Source: Dendrobates tinctorius (lineage: Eukaryota). From it: a DNA stretch of 47,563 nucleotides. Each line of letters begins with the position of its first letter. Within the stretch, counting starts at the first letter, position 1. The stretch lies in the NCBI RefSeq assembly GCF_039654945.1, contig NW_027361881.1, forward strand, positions 5,952,001 to 5,999,563, given 5' to 3'. The translations under genes and the position numbers were made by a program. The notes under the pieces were generated by a model. The model had not been told where the DNA came from and did not search any database. It saw nothing but the letters and a program-made list of their open reading frames with translations. Positions 10,981 to 22,010 of the stretch are shown one piece after another.

Positions 10981-13900
10981 TACTAATATCGCGTATATGC
11001 TGGGTCCTGAAAGCAACCTCCTCCCATATACACTGATCAAATAAATAAAGGGAACACTACAATCTCACATCCTAGACGTCACTGAATATTCCAGTTGCAA
11101 ATCTTTGATTACATGGTGGAATGCGTTAAGAACAATAAAACATAAAAATGATCAATGTAAATCACAATTAATATACCAAACATCAAAGTGGAAAATCAAA
11201 TTACAGGCTGATACAACTTCAGTGGAAATGCCTCAAGACAATGAAATGATGCTCAGTAGTGTGTGTGGCCTCCACGTACCTGTATGACCTCCGAACAATG
11301 CCTGGGCATGCTCCTGATGAGCCGGCGGAGGTTTTCCTGAGGGATCTCCTCTCAGCCCAGGTTTAAAGCATCAGTCATCTACTGGACAGTCTGTGGTACC
11401 ATGTGGCGTTGGTGGATGGAACGAGACATGATGTCCCAGATGTGCTCGATTGGATTCAGGTCTGGGGAACGGGCAGGCCATTCTATAGCATCAATGACTT
11501 CATCATGCAGGAACTGCTGACACTTCAGCCACATGAGGCCTAGCATTGTCATGCATCAGAAGGACCCCAGGTCCCACTGCACCTGGATATGGTCTCACAA
11601 TGGGTCTGAGGATCTCATCCCAGTAGCTAATGGCAGTCAGGCTACCTCTGCCTAACACATAGAGAGCTGCACGGCCCTCAAAGAAATGCCACCCCACACC
11701 ATTACTGACCCACTGCCAGACTGCTCATGCTGGAGGATATTGCAGGCAGCAGAACGTTCTCCATGGCATCGCCAAACTCTGTCACCACTTGTGCTAAGTG
11801 TGAACCTGCTCTCATCAGTAAAGAGCACAGGACGCCAATGTCGAATCTGCCAATCTTGGTGTTCGCTGGCAAATACCATTCATAGGTGCGAATCAGGATG
11901 TTTGCCTCATACCACCTTCATGAAGTCTGTTCTGACAGTTTGAGCAAATACATGGATGTTAGTGGCTGCTGGAGGTCATTTTGCAGGGCTCTGGCACGGT
12001 TTCTCCTTGCACAACGGAGATGGTAGTGGTCCTGCTGCAGGGTTGTTGCCCCCCTACAGCCCCCTCCCACGTCTCCTGCTATCTGCTCCATGCTTTGGAC
12101 ACTGGGCTGACAGACACAGCTGCCCTTCCTGCCACAGCTTGCATGGATGTGCCATCCTGGATGAGCTGCACTTCCTGAGCAACTTCTGTAGGATGTAGAC
12201 ACCACCTCATACTGTACAGTACCTATAGAAGGGAGAGCAATGACAACAGGCAAAAGTGACCAAACAACAGCCAAAAAGTATGAGAACAGAAAAAAATGGT
12301 CTGTGGTCGCCACAATCAGGGTTGTGTCATTACTGGATAGGTTGATGTCACAGATGTGTGACTGACTCCGAGTTACGTTGTGTTGTTTAAGTGTTCCCTT
12401 TATTTATTTTTTTTAGCTGTGTGTGTGTAATTAATATATATATTAAACACACCAGAAGTGGTGACATGTTTCTATCATACGTTTCCTCGGATTGCTCCAC
12501 TCCTGGTTTTGGGTTACAAAACACTGATGTGGGGCGTGACATGGCCGGCGGGGAGTGAGGACGCGTCCTGGAGAGCTCCCGCTCCAGCATCGGGAACCAA
12601 CACAACAAGGGACATACCCTCATGTCCAACACCCTAATGTCCACAAGGAGTGCGCCTACAGGCTCCGCGGCACCCGAAAAAGCGCCCCACATTTCCCGCT
12701 ACTTCGCGGGAGCGGGGAAGAAGAAGGCTGCAGGTGCAGGCGCCATGTTGGAAGCGTCGCGCAGAGGACAACCAGCCCCGCCGTCGGCGGGGAGTAAGGT
12801 ACCGGAGGTGGGGGAGCAGCGTGGAGGGAGAGAAGACAGTGAGGGGACTTCCCCAGGATCTAGTGGGGTGACTTTGATGGATGTGAAAGGAGCGGGGCAG
12901 TCTTCTCATAGTGGTAACAGCACCGCTGAGCCCCTGGAAACATGCGCCTTACAAGGAGACCCCGCAGGCAGGCCGAAGAGACCTCACACTGCTGTAACTA
13001 GTGCAGGCCCAGGGAGGGCCACCCTGACACACCCTGCGCCATTCTCCCAGGGAAATAATACTAATCCTCCTGACAGCAACCTTGCCACCACAGGAGACGA
13101 TATAACTCAGGAGGGAGCAGACCCCAAGCTGAGAGGGCAGCTTAATCAACCCATAATAATAAATGCTCATCAAGATGACTTGCCGTCTGGCATCCCCCCC
13201 CCCACCTACTCCTCAATTAGTCACGTCCATAACATCACAACGCGGACCTGTGGCCCCTCTCCCGGCAGGACAACCTGTAGCACCCGTGGGAGTTGATTTC
13301 ACATTACTGTATAATAAGATAAAAGACATCCCGATGAAACAAGACATGGAACAATATATTGTTCGCTTGGAATCTTCTTACAAAGCGGAACTTTCTATAC
13401 TTAAGGATGATATCCAACAATGCGGAGAGAAGGTTGAATCTCATGACCAGCTCCTGACCTCCCTGAAAGACAGAATAGAGGCTCAAGAAGCTGCCGTGGC
13501 TGCCCAGGCTAGGCAGCTGCAGACCCTGGCAGAGATGCTGGACGATTCTGAAAACGGGACGCAGGAATAACATAAGAGTACGGGGATTACCTGAAGCCAT
13601 CCCTCCTCAGGAGTTAAACACCACCTTGAGAGGCATCTTCAATTCGGTATTGGATAGACCCCAAGATACCCCACTGGAGTTAGATCGTGCTCATAGGGCT
13701 CTGGGCCCGCGTCCTAGTGATCAAGACCCACCGAGAGATGTGATCTGTCGGGTCCATAAGTACCAGCTTAAGGACGCAGTCATGGGAGCGGCCAGGAGAG
13801 CAAGACCCATTAAGCACTTGGATTCCCGTATGCAGCTCCTACCAGATCTATCCAGATGGACTTTGCAGAGACGTAGAGCCCTTCGCCCACTCTTGGAGGA

Positions 13901-16900
13901 GCTGCAACAAAAAGATCTTCCCTATACCTGGGGGTTTCTGTTCTGCCTCCGGGTTCAGAAGAGGGGCAGAGTACATCGCCTGAGCCACCCCAGCGGAATC
14001 CCAGCATTCTCAGCTGCCCTGGATCTACATGAGGTGGACGTCCTCGACTGGCCACCCCTACCGTCCTTTTAGAGAATGGACGACCCTCGTGGAGGACAGC
14101 TTCCTCAACGGCAGCCCAATAGGCGTGGGCGGGCACATCCGGGAGGAGAAAATGACTGATGGCAGAGTTTTGTGATTTAGGGGAGGTTTTCCGCATGGGT
14201 GGATGGGGGGCGGAGATGAGGGATCAGCTTTATTAGCAATGAGGAACGGAGGGTTAAATCAGATGATGTGATCGGTCTAATTTCTTTTCCTCTCCTCTTC
14301 TTGCCTCTCTCCCCTCTCCCCCCCCTCCCGCTCACTCTTGGATGGCTGTGTCTTCGTGATGACTAATTCCAGATAACTAGATGATTCACCACCTTATGGG
14401 GCTCCATTTAACGGAAGGCATGATTCTCGGGAGCTTATGGTGTTCTAGATTTAATGGCTGTGATGTCTTTAACATTTTCGGTTTTAACGTTACTGAAGCT
14501 GAATATGAGGCGTGATATGCCAACGACTCATGGGTTTGTTAGAAATGGTTTATATGATCTTAAGGGGTTGGATTCCTTGGTTCAGGGGTAAGCGAAGGTT
14601 ATTCCATTGTAAAGTTGGGGACCGGGGGAGACGGGTCTCCATTTCTCTTCTTGCCATACACTTAACCCCCCTTGGAGGTGCTGTCCTGCCATTGAGGCGT
14701 ACAGCAATTAGTGCATACCTCCACCTGGTTTCACGTTGTCTATGGGTGTGTGCTTAATCACACCCGCATTGTTAATTATATTGTTACCTTCTGCTTTTCT
14801 AATTCTTAACTCTTTGTTCATTCTCTGTATCTAACCTATCCCCACCCCACTAACCTTCCCCCTTCCCTCCAATGGGTGCCGGACCCCGGAGCGGACCCAT
14901 CCTTGTGGAGGAGGCCTGATTCCCTCGATCCCAGACTGCAAACACGATGCCTGGTGGGACTGCCACACAAAAGATCACATTGGGCTCCTTAAACGTTAGG
15001 GGCTTTAACACACCACAGAAGCGGTCGCATGTCTTATACGATATGCACAAGAAAAAAGTTAATGTATTGATATTACAAGAGACGCATTTTAAGATGGGAC
15101 ATGTCCCTAGTATACCCAATCGCTATTACACGCCTTGGTTCCACAGCGCCAACCCGGACTCACGATCCCGAGGGGTTTCCATTTCACTCCACAAATCCCT
15201 CCAACATACTACACTGGACACACTAATTGATACGGAGGGGAGGTACGTGATCTTGAAGATCCAGATTTTTTCAACAACGTATACTATAGCTGGTTGGTAC
15301 GCTCCCGGCCGAGATCAAATTTGAGCTGTTCGGTCTTTTTTGAGACTGTAGCTGATTTCGCTAAAGGGGTTGTTATACTGGGGGGGAGACGTCAATCTGA
15401 CTCTTAACCCGACATTGGACTCGACGGTGGCAAGGTCTTACCTCTCTCCTCGACAGATGACCTCTTTAAAAAGAGACCTTCATGACTTACACCTCACCGA
15501 TGTCTGGAGGCTCCTTAACCCCAACACGAAGGATTACACGTTCTTCTCCACGCCACATAACTCGTATGACAGAATAGATTTCTTTCTTCTTAGCCACTGC
15601 GCGTTGGCCTGGAATCCGAAACCGTCTATTGGAAGTTTCCTGTGGTCGGATCATGCTCCAGTCTTTTTGGACATCAGTCCCCCTGATTCGGGAACGCGAC
15701 AGTGGACGTGGAGACTGAACGATAATCTTTTAAAAGACCCTACATGTGTGGCTGACGTCAACTACCATAGTGACATTTTTACAAGATCACGCACATGATG
15801 ACACCGCTATACCTACCAAATGGGAAACTCTTAAATGTGTCCTTAGAGGGGTACTTATTAAACTTGGTTCCCGCTTGAAGCAATTGAAAAACAAGGACAT
15901 TAGGGATCTTCCGGAAAAAATATTAATTCTGGAGACGAACCATAAGAATGACTTCAGAGTGGAGACGCAGCCTGACTTGATCAAATGTAGGATCGACCTG
16001 AAATCCCTGTTAAACGAGAAGTTCCGAATTCGTTTTAGAAGTCTTCTATATGGACAAGCTAATAAATGTGGACGTATGCTAGCTAGATTTTTACATCCAC
16101 GTTGTCAGACCACATATATACCATCCCTTCAGAAACCTCACGGTCAGGTGACGTCAAACCCAACCGAAATCCTTGACGTAATGCGGCGCTACTACCATGC
16201 ATTATACAATATTAAGGGAGGTGACCCCTCTCAGCCGCCTCTGGACCCCCAACCACAAATTGAGGCGTACATACATGATACCGCCCTCCCGACATGGACT
16301 ACAGATCTATCAGAACCACTAGAAACTGATTTCACAACGGAGGAGATTGATGAGGTCATTCGGAATACCCCGGCTAGTAAGAGCCCGGGACCGGACGGCT
16401 TTTCCCCTCATTTCTACAAGACATTTCGAGAGCAACTTAACCCCATTATGACACAGGTTTTTAACTCCATCGCAGGCGACGCCGCATTTGTCCCACAATC
16501 CTTAGAGACTTTCATTACAGTGATACTGAAACCGGGAAGGGATCCTACGGTAGTAACTAATTATCGCCCAATATCACTCATTAATATAGATGTGAAACTT
16601 TACGCAAAAATTTTGGCTAACCGATTAGCTCCCCTTCTGCCTTTGGTTGTGCACTCGGATCAGGTGGGGTTTGTACGGGGGAGGGAGGCGAGGGACGGAA
16701 TAAACAAAACCCTCATTCTGACTGCACATGCTAAATCAAAACATAAACCGATGGCGCTGCTGTCGATCGACGCGAGGAAAGCCTTTGACCGGGTACACTG
16801 GGGATTCATGTTCTCGGCCCTACGGCAAATAGGCCTGGGGAGCCACTTCCTACAAAAGATTGTGGCTCTGTACTCCAGCCCTTCGGCGAGAGTTAGGGTC

Positions 16901-19900
16901 AATGGCACATTGTCAGACCCTATAGCTATCGGGAACGGCACACGACAGGGATGCCCTCTATCACCCCTTTTATACACGGTGGTCATGGAACATTTGGCGG
17001 TAGCAATTAGAGGGAATCCCAGTGTACACGGCCTCTGGGTGGATCGAGTTCATTATAAGGTCTCTCTTTATGCGGATGACCTCCTACTGTATGTATCTCA
17101 GCCACACATTTCCCTTCCGTCGCTGATGGTGGAATTTAAAAAAATTTGGTGCAGTCAGTAATTTTAAAATTAATTTTCGGAAAACCGAAGCCCTAAATAT
17201 ATCCTTGGGACAAGAAGAACTTAGGAGAATAATGGAGAATTTCCCCTTTCGGTGGAAGAATGGAGCTATTCAATATTTGGGTGTTCAAATTCCTTCCGAC
17301 ATGACCGACCTTTACAAACTCAACTATTTACCCCTTCTGGAATCGACCCTGAAGCGTTTGAGAGAGTATGGCCGAAAGAATATTTCATGGTTTGGTAGGA
17401 TGAACTCCTTTAAGATGGATGTTCTTCCCAGGTTTTTGTATTTGTTTCAGGCGGTCCAGATTACACCGCCGAGGGCATTCTTCCAGGCCATCAGATCCGC
17501 ATTGATCCGATTTGTTTGGCGGGCTTCTAAGCCCCGTTTAAAATATACCTGTCTGACTACTCCGAAATCCAGAGGGGGTGCGGGCCTCCCTGATTTAGAA
17601 CTTTACCATAGGGCCTCCACACTAGCGCGCCTATTCGACTGGCAGTATCTAAACAATGGGTTCAATTGGAACAGACATCCTTTGACATCCCCTTGCGACA
17701 CCTTCCTTGGATCCGATGCTACGATCTTACTACAGGCGGCTCTGAGGGATCCACGGGCTTTTTGCCACGAGAGACATTACGACTCTGGAAACATATAAAA
17801 ATTAAGAAGAAATTGATGAGTGTCCTGAATCTGTTGACACCAATTTTTGGCAATCTGGACTTTCCTCCGGGTCGTCTCAGGGATCGTTTTTTAGGCTGGC
17901 ACATTAGCTCTGACTTACGCCTGGGACAGGTACTGGTGGGAGGAGATATTCCATCTCTGGAGACTCTACAAGAACAGTCTCCCAATGGGGGGCTCTCCTG
18001 GATGGAATATAATCAGCTGACGTCGTTTGTCCAGAGACATATGGTGGGCCTCCCCCCCCCCACATATGGTGGCAGTGCTCCGCTATACAACCCTTTTGGA
18101 AGAAGGTGTTCTCGGCTTATCAAAAAATTACTGGAGATGTTGTTTCCCTTCCCCGCAAGTTGCCATCCTCTCGATCCTTCCGGGTTCCATATCGGCCCAG
18201 AAACGGAGCCTTCTCAGGTTTTGTGTCACTGCAGCACGTATGGTAATCCCACGCCATTGGCGAGTAGCAGTACCACCAACAATGGCGGAATGGGTGTCGG
18301 AATTTGCAGATATCTTCCGGATGGAGGAGCTGATGGCTGAGATGGAGGGGGACAGCACCCGCCTGATTCGCATCTGGCATCCCTGGATCTTGTTTAAAGA
18401 AACCGCTGGGCAATCTCAACTGGTTGAGGAGGCTTCTTAGGGGCCGGTTTGGGAGTTTGGTGCCCGTCTCCCCCCCCCCCCCCCTCTCCTTTACTACTCC
18501 TAAATGTTCCATTCTAATTTCTCTTGTGTTCTTTCCCCTTTCTCTCTCATATCCTTTCTTTTTCTATGATACACCGCTGCTGATATAATGCACTATGAAT
18601 GATTCTGACTATTATTTTAAGATACCTACCCATCTATGTTGCTAAGAACTCAGATAATAGGAGAGGAAAGTTTACTCTCTAGTCTGTTCCATTTTATATA
18701 AGCAAAATGTTTGCTGTAACCTATATGGCTGGGTTAACCAATATTTAGTGACAACCACCCGGTTAGATCTTGGTCAGTGGCGGTGGGTTTGTGCCTGCCA
18801 CTGGGAAGCTACGAGATTTCATGTTAGCAGTCGTGCCGGATTTATAAGTGATTGTTTATACTGTGATAGTGCTCAGATGGGTATATAACTTTCATCATTT
18901 TGTATGTTTTCTTTGTCTACTTGATCTTTCAATAAAAATAGATTCAACATCCAAACCACTGATGTAGAAGACTGAGCACATGCTGCACTAGTGTAATATT
19001 GCGGTTGTATTTTCCCTCCGTAGATCTCTATGTGACCACACATCTGACAGATCCCTCCACATCATCCAATTCTCTCTCTGCCTTAAGAAAAGGTTTTACC
19101 GACGTCTCCAAGACGTACACGCTGCCATCTAAACCCACCCTGGCAAACACTTCCCTGTCCACAGGAAAAAGCCTGAGCCGCCCCGAATTCAGAGACTACA
19201 AGAGCTGGTGGAGCCCGGAGAGAGCGTTCGGCGTGAAGGGTGACAGCCTGTCCGTGCCGCAAAATGGCATGAAAAGAGCCAGCAGCCTGAGCTCTCTGCT
19301 CTCCCCCCCGGTCAGCAGTGTAAGTGCACATGTACCCACTGCCCCCATAGTGTGCGGGCGCCGGAGAGAGACCCCACAATGAGCGAGAGGTCAGAATATG
19401 GCATTGGTTCCCGTTCCCACTAATTGCTTTGAATGAACGCTTGTGTCTTCTAGTCGGCCCTGGTGTAGATGAGAAGACGTTAACGATCGGATCTTTAGAT
19501 CTCACCTCCAATGTATTCTTTTGTAGACTGACAATTTATTAAGTGGAAACGAGGTGAAAAACAGAGCGCCCCCCTGTAGTGGCGAGGGTCCCGACGTCAA
19601 TGACGTCCTGCACCGCCTCATGGACTTAGTAGACCGGTACTGGAACGGGTCAGGATCCCTTCTACACAACCAGCGGTTCCTGGGTGAGTGTACGGGATCG
19701 CAGCATTTATTATCAGGCCTGGAAGGAGACGGTAGACTTCATGCTTATTGTTTCCCGCCAGGACCTGCTCGGGATCTGCTCTCACGTCTGAGCGCTACCA
19801 GACACCTCTCACAGGAGCATCCTACAGGCAGTCCCAGGCAAGATGACGACGGCGAGACCACAGTAGGTTGTGACAGGAGCATCGGTGTATCTATGACCAC

Positions 19901-21801
19901 TATACTGACCCCATGTCTGCAAACACCCCGCATTGCTCAAGCAGTTTACACCATTAACGCTCCAAAAAGCAAATTGCACAAAATTATTCCATTTTTTACT
20001 CATTACCTACTAAAACTTTAAAAAAGGCGGCCTGTTATACCAGGAGCGCGTTCCCAAACTTCATGGCACCTCGTCAAAACTTTTTTGCAAGTTTGCATCT
20101 GCTAATAGTAGGTATACGTTACACTTATCATTGAGTGTCTTATTAAATTTGGAGCAATTTAGTCCAATGATCACCAACCCCATATTTGGATAGCTGTCCC
20201 CTGGTCACACACATTATTCCTCCTCATAGGAGTAACGTTCTCCTGGGCAATGGCAATAAATTCTATTTTTCCCAGCGTCTTCTGCCCCCGATTGACGCTC
20301 CTGTATCGGCTCCTTCTTTCCTTAGGACTCTGTAAAACTGAAGCTGATAAAAGTGATGGAGGAAAACCACTTCTTACAGAGCAGAGTGTGTAAACTGGAG
20401 AACCAGGCGGCCCGGAGAGAAGGATCGGGCAGCTGCTCCGTGCCGCAAGGTGCTCTCCATTGTGCGGCTGTACGGACGTCGCACCAATATCTCGCAGGGG
20501 CATCGTCAGTAACCGGATCTGATCTTTTCACTTCCAGATGATCTGTGGCAGAAGTACGAGCGGCTGAGCCTCCAGGTGGAATCATTGCAGCAACAGCTGG
20601 AGAAAACCAATAAACTGCAGGAGACGGTGAACCTGCTCCACAACAGCCAGAGGTACGGGCGCAGAGGCACTAAAGACCGCTGCGGCTCCCGACAGCGCTC
20701 TGTATTGTATGAGCAGATTATTAGCACCCGAGCACGTTCAGTCATCACTAACAGGGTCGGCGGCGATCTCTAAAGATGTCCGAGTCCCAGCGGCTGCATG
20801 TCTCGTGGCTGTTCAACAGCTGCAACACCTGCAGGGACTGCCCGTTTGTTAGACAGCTGCGAGACACGCAGGGCCTGCCCGTTTGTTAGACAGCTGCGAG
20901 ACACGCAGGGCCTGCCCGTTTGTTAGACAGCTGCGAGACACGCAGGGCCTGCCCGTTTGTTAGACAGCTGCGAGACACGCAGGGCCTGCCCGTTTGTTAG
21001 ACAGCTGCGAGACACGCAGGGCCTGCCCGTTTGTTAGACAGCTGCGAGACACGCAGGGCCTGCCCGTTTGTTAGCTGCGAGACACGCAGGGCCTGCCCCT
21101 TTGTTAGCTGCGAGACACGCAGGGCCTGCCCCTTTGTTAGACAGCTGCGAGACACGCAGGGCCTGCCCCTTTGTTAGACAGCTGTGAGACACGCAGGGCC
21201 TGCCCGTTTGTTAGCTGCGAGACACGCAGGGCCTGCCCGTTTGTTAGACAGCTGCGAGACACGCAGGGCCTGCCCGTTTGTTAGACAGCTGCGAGACACG
21301 CAGGGCCTGCCCGTTTGTTAGACAGCTGCGAGACACGCAGGGCCTGCCCGTTTGTTAGACAGCTGCGAGACACGCAGGGCCTGCCCGTTTGTTAGACAGC
21401 TGCGAGACACGCAGGGCCTGCCCGTTTGTTAGACAGCTGCGAGACACGCAGGGCCTGCCCGTTTGTTAGACAGCTGCGAGACATGCAGCCATGGGGACTC
21501 GGACATATTTTTCAAGCACTCTGAAGTCACTCGCTCATCACTAGTAGCTATCAACCAGGACATCTGGTCTCAGGATGTCCGTTCTGTGCCCCACAGGTCA
21601 TTAGTCTGCACCAATGAATATCTCCTACAACAACTGAATAAAATCTCCCAGAATGCCGTCTGCAAGCCTCGAGAACCGTCCCCGGACAGGACGAGCACGG
21701 AGCGATCCCGCTACAGCGAGGCTACGGCTCCCAGCGCTCCGCTATCTCACAGTGCCGGGCATTACAGGACACTGGAGAGGCTCAGCCTGTGCCCATTATA
21801 A
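2122..21801 (+). CDS. LRRC36: Leucine-rich repeat-containing protein 36 (CEP72 paralog), whole gene model, 14 coding exons, 695 aa
   Basis: Spliced frame is open with matching phases. LRR N-terminus ([34 protein letters not shown]), [36 protein letters not shown] and coiled-coil [18 protein letters not shown] match LRRC36 as I recall it. Confidence 0.92.
2555..4478. repeat. Minisatellite of 12-bp subunits (GAGAATCACCCC / GAGCATCGTCCC) with a 52-bp higher-order unit, LRRC36 intron 1
   Basis: Directly visible; homogeneous 5' part, degenerate 3' part. Confidence 0.95.
4627..5481. repeat. 35-bp minisatellite (TGTACACGGATACAGCACCGGATATAGAGCTGTCT), about 24 copies
   Basis: Directly visible; period 35 (GCACC at 4921 and 4956). 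Confidence 0.97.
5589..5716 (+). CDS. LRRC36: LRRC36 exon 2 ([25 protein letters not shown])
   Basis: Polypyrimidine tract + AG, donor CAG|GTGAGG, LRR motif; not in the ORF track. Confidence 0.93.
5812..6004 (+). CDS. LRRC36: LRRC36 exon 3 ([28 protein letters not shown])
   Basis: LRRs and LRRcap; tandem CAGCAG acceptor (alternative start 5809); donor TAG|GTGAGC. Confidence 0.93.
6763..6862 (+). CDS. LRRC36: LRRC36 exon 4 ([14 protein letters not shown]..)
   Basis: Acceptor TTTCCAG, donor GAG|GTAGGT; end of LRRcap. Confidence 0.9.
6853..7370. repeat. G-rich ~22-bp minisatellite (GATGGGGAGGTAGGGGCGCAGG / GATGGGGAGTCAGGTGCACAGG)
   Basis: Directly visible; begins across the exon 4 donor. Confidence 0.92.
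7877..7950 (+). CDS. LRRC36: LRRC36 exon 5 ([14 protein letters not shown])
   Basis: Acceptor TTTTGTCTTTCAG, donor CAG|GTAACG, phases 2/1 fit; poorly conserved sequence. Confidence 0.65.
8863..8936 (+). CDS. LRRC36: LRRC36 exon 6 ([13 protein letters not shown])
   Basis: Acceptor CTCATTCTAG, donor CAG|GTACAT, phases 1/0 fit. Confidence 0.6.
9048..9096 (+). CDS. LRRC36: LRRC36 exon 7 ([16 protein letters not shown])
   Basis: Pyrimidine tract + CACAG, donor ACG|GTATTG, phases 0/1 fit. Confidence 0.6.
9271..9663 (+). CDS. LRRC36: LRRC36 exon 8 ([23 protein letters not shown])
   Basis: Acceptor TTTGCAG, donor CAG|GTACGT, open 393 nt, joins to the conserved SSDLY motif. Confidence 0.87.
9704..10999. 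repeat. AT-rich 20-22-bp satellite (TACTACTAATATCGYGTATA) with a (TA)n run
   Basis: Directly visible. Confidence 0.96.
11031..12421 (-). mobile_element. Decayed Tc1-family (DD34E) DNA transposon
   Basis: TIRs TA|CACTGATCAAATAAATAAAGGGAACACT and AGTGTTCCCTTTATTTATTTTTTTTAGCTGTG; transposase motifs on the - strand. Confidence 0.92.
11253..12210 (-). pseudogene. Tc1 transposase remnant with stops and frameshifts
   Basis: N-terminal HTH ([13 protein letters not shown]), [50 protein letters not shown]; 34-residue D-E spacing once a 2-nt deletion is restored. Confidence 0.9.
12622..14072 (+). pseudogene. L1 ORF1 (coiled coil, RRM, CTD), frameshifted into three pieces
   Basis: Heptad region 13300-13560; [10 protein letters not shown]; [21 protein letters not shown]; [12 protein letters not shown]. 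Confidence 0.88.
14947..18440 (+). pseudogene. L1 ORF2 (APE endonuclease + reverse transcriptase), disrupted
   Basis: SLNVRG, LQETH, GGDVN, RIDFFL, SDHAPV; [32 protein letters not shown]; stop at 15322-15324 and several frameshifts. Confidence 0.95.
19024..19319 (+). CDS. LRRC36: LRRC36 exon 9 ([14 protein letters not shown])
   Basis: Acceptor TTTCCCTCCGTAG, donor AGT|GTAAGT, phases 1/0. Confidence 0.88.
19527..19683 (+). CDS. LRRC36: LRRC36 exon 10 (..[26 protein letters not shown])
   Basis: Acceptor TTCTTTTGTAG, donor TGG|GTGAGT, family motif. Confidence 0.92.
19762..19862 (+). CDS. LRRC36: LRRC36 exon 11 ([14 protein letters not shown])
   Basis: Acceptor CCCGCCAG, donor ACA|GTAGGT (3' boundary less certain). 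Confidence 0.8.
20326..20449 (+). CDS. LRRC36: LRRC36 exon 12 ([25 protein letters not shown]..)
   Basis: Strong acceptor CTTTCCTTAG, weak donor AAG|GTGCTC, coiled coil. Confidence 0.88.
20538..20652 (+). CDS. LRRC36: LRRC36 exon 13 ([25 protein letters not shown])
   Basis: Acceptor CTTCCAG, donor GAG|GTACGG, coiled coil. Confidence 0.92.
20831..21488. repeat. 37-bp minisatellite (CTGCCCGTTTGTTAGACAGCTGCGAGACACGCAGGGC), about 18 copies, last LRRC36 intron
   Basis: Directly visible; period 37. Confidence 0.97.
21597..21801 (+). CDS. LRRC36: LRRC36 exon 14, terminal ([21 protein letters not shown])
   Basis: Acceptor CCCACAG, family motif, TAA at 21799-21801. Confidence 0.92.
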
Positions 21802-21878
21802 GGTCCCGGCCAAGAGGAGGCGCCACGCTCAGGGTAATGCATACACTCTCCGATCATGATCAGACATAAAACACATCC

Positions 21879-22010
21879 TTAAAGGGATTGTTCAGGAATA
21901 AACATGGCTGCTTTGTTAGAAACCGCTGAACACAGAAGGGAGTCGACATACAACCCATGAGCCGAAAAAAAAAGCAGCCGTGTTTTTCTAATCCTGGACC
22001 GCCCCTTTAA
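21879..22010. mobile_element. Short TTAA-flanked MITE (amphibian T2/Kolobok-like)
   Basis: TTAA|AGGGATTGTTCAGGA..AACATGGCTGCTTT pairs with AAAGCAGCCGTGTT..TCCTGGACCGCCCCT|TTAA. Confidence 0.75.

Larger units (their letters stand above)
12531..18951 (+). mobile_element. Full-length but disabled L1-clade LINE (~6.4 kb) in LRRC36 intron 8, sense orientation
   Basis: ORF1 + ORF2 remnants; AATAAA 18931-18936; target-site duplication CAAAACACTGATGT 12517-12530 / CAAACCACTGATGT 18952-18965. Confidence 0.95.

Noticed and set aside
15746-17161. 471-aa RT ORF as an active or domesticated gene
   Set aside because: One fragment of an ORF2 broken by stops and frameshifts on both sides
20831-21488. 35-38-bp repeats here and at 1-1766 and 4627-5481 as CRISPR arrays
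   Set aside because: Head-to-tail units with no unique spacers, no cas genes, eukaryotic context
2122-21801. Calling the + gene CEP72
   Set aside because: [29 protein letters not shown] and [11 protein letters not shown] fit my recollection of LRRC36 better; reciprocal BLAST would settle it
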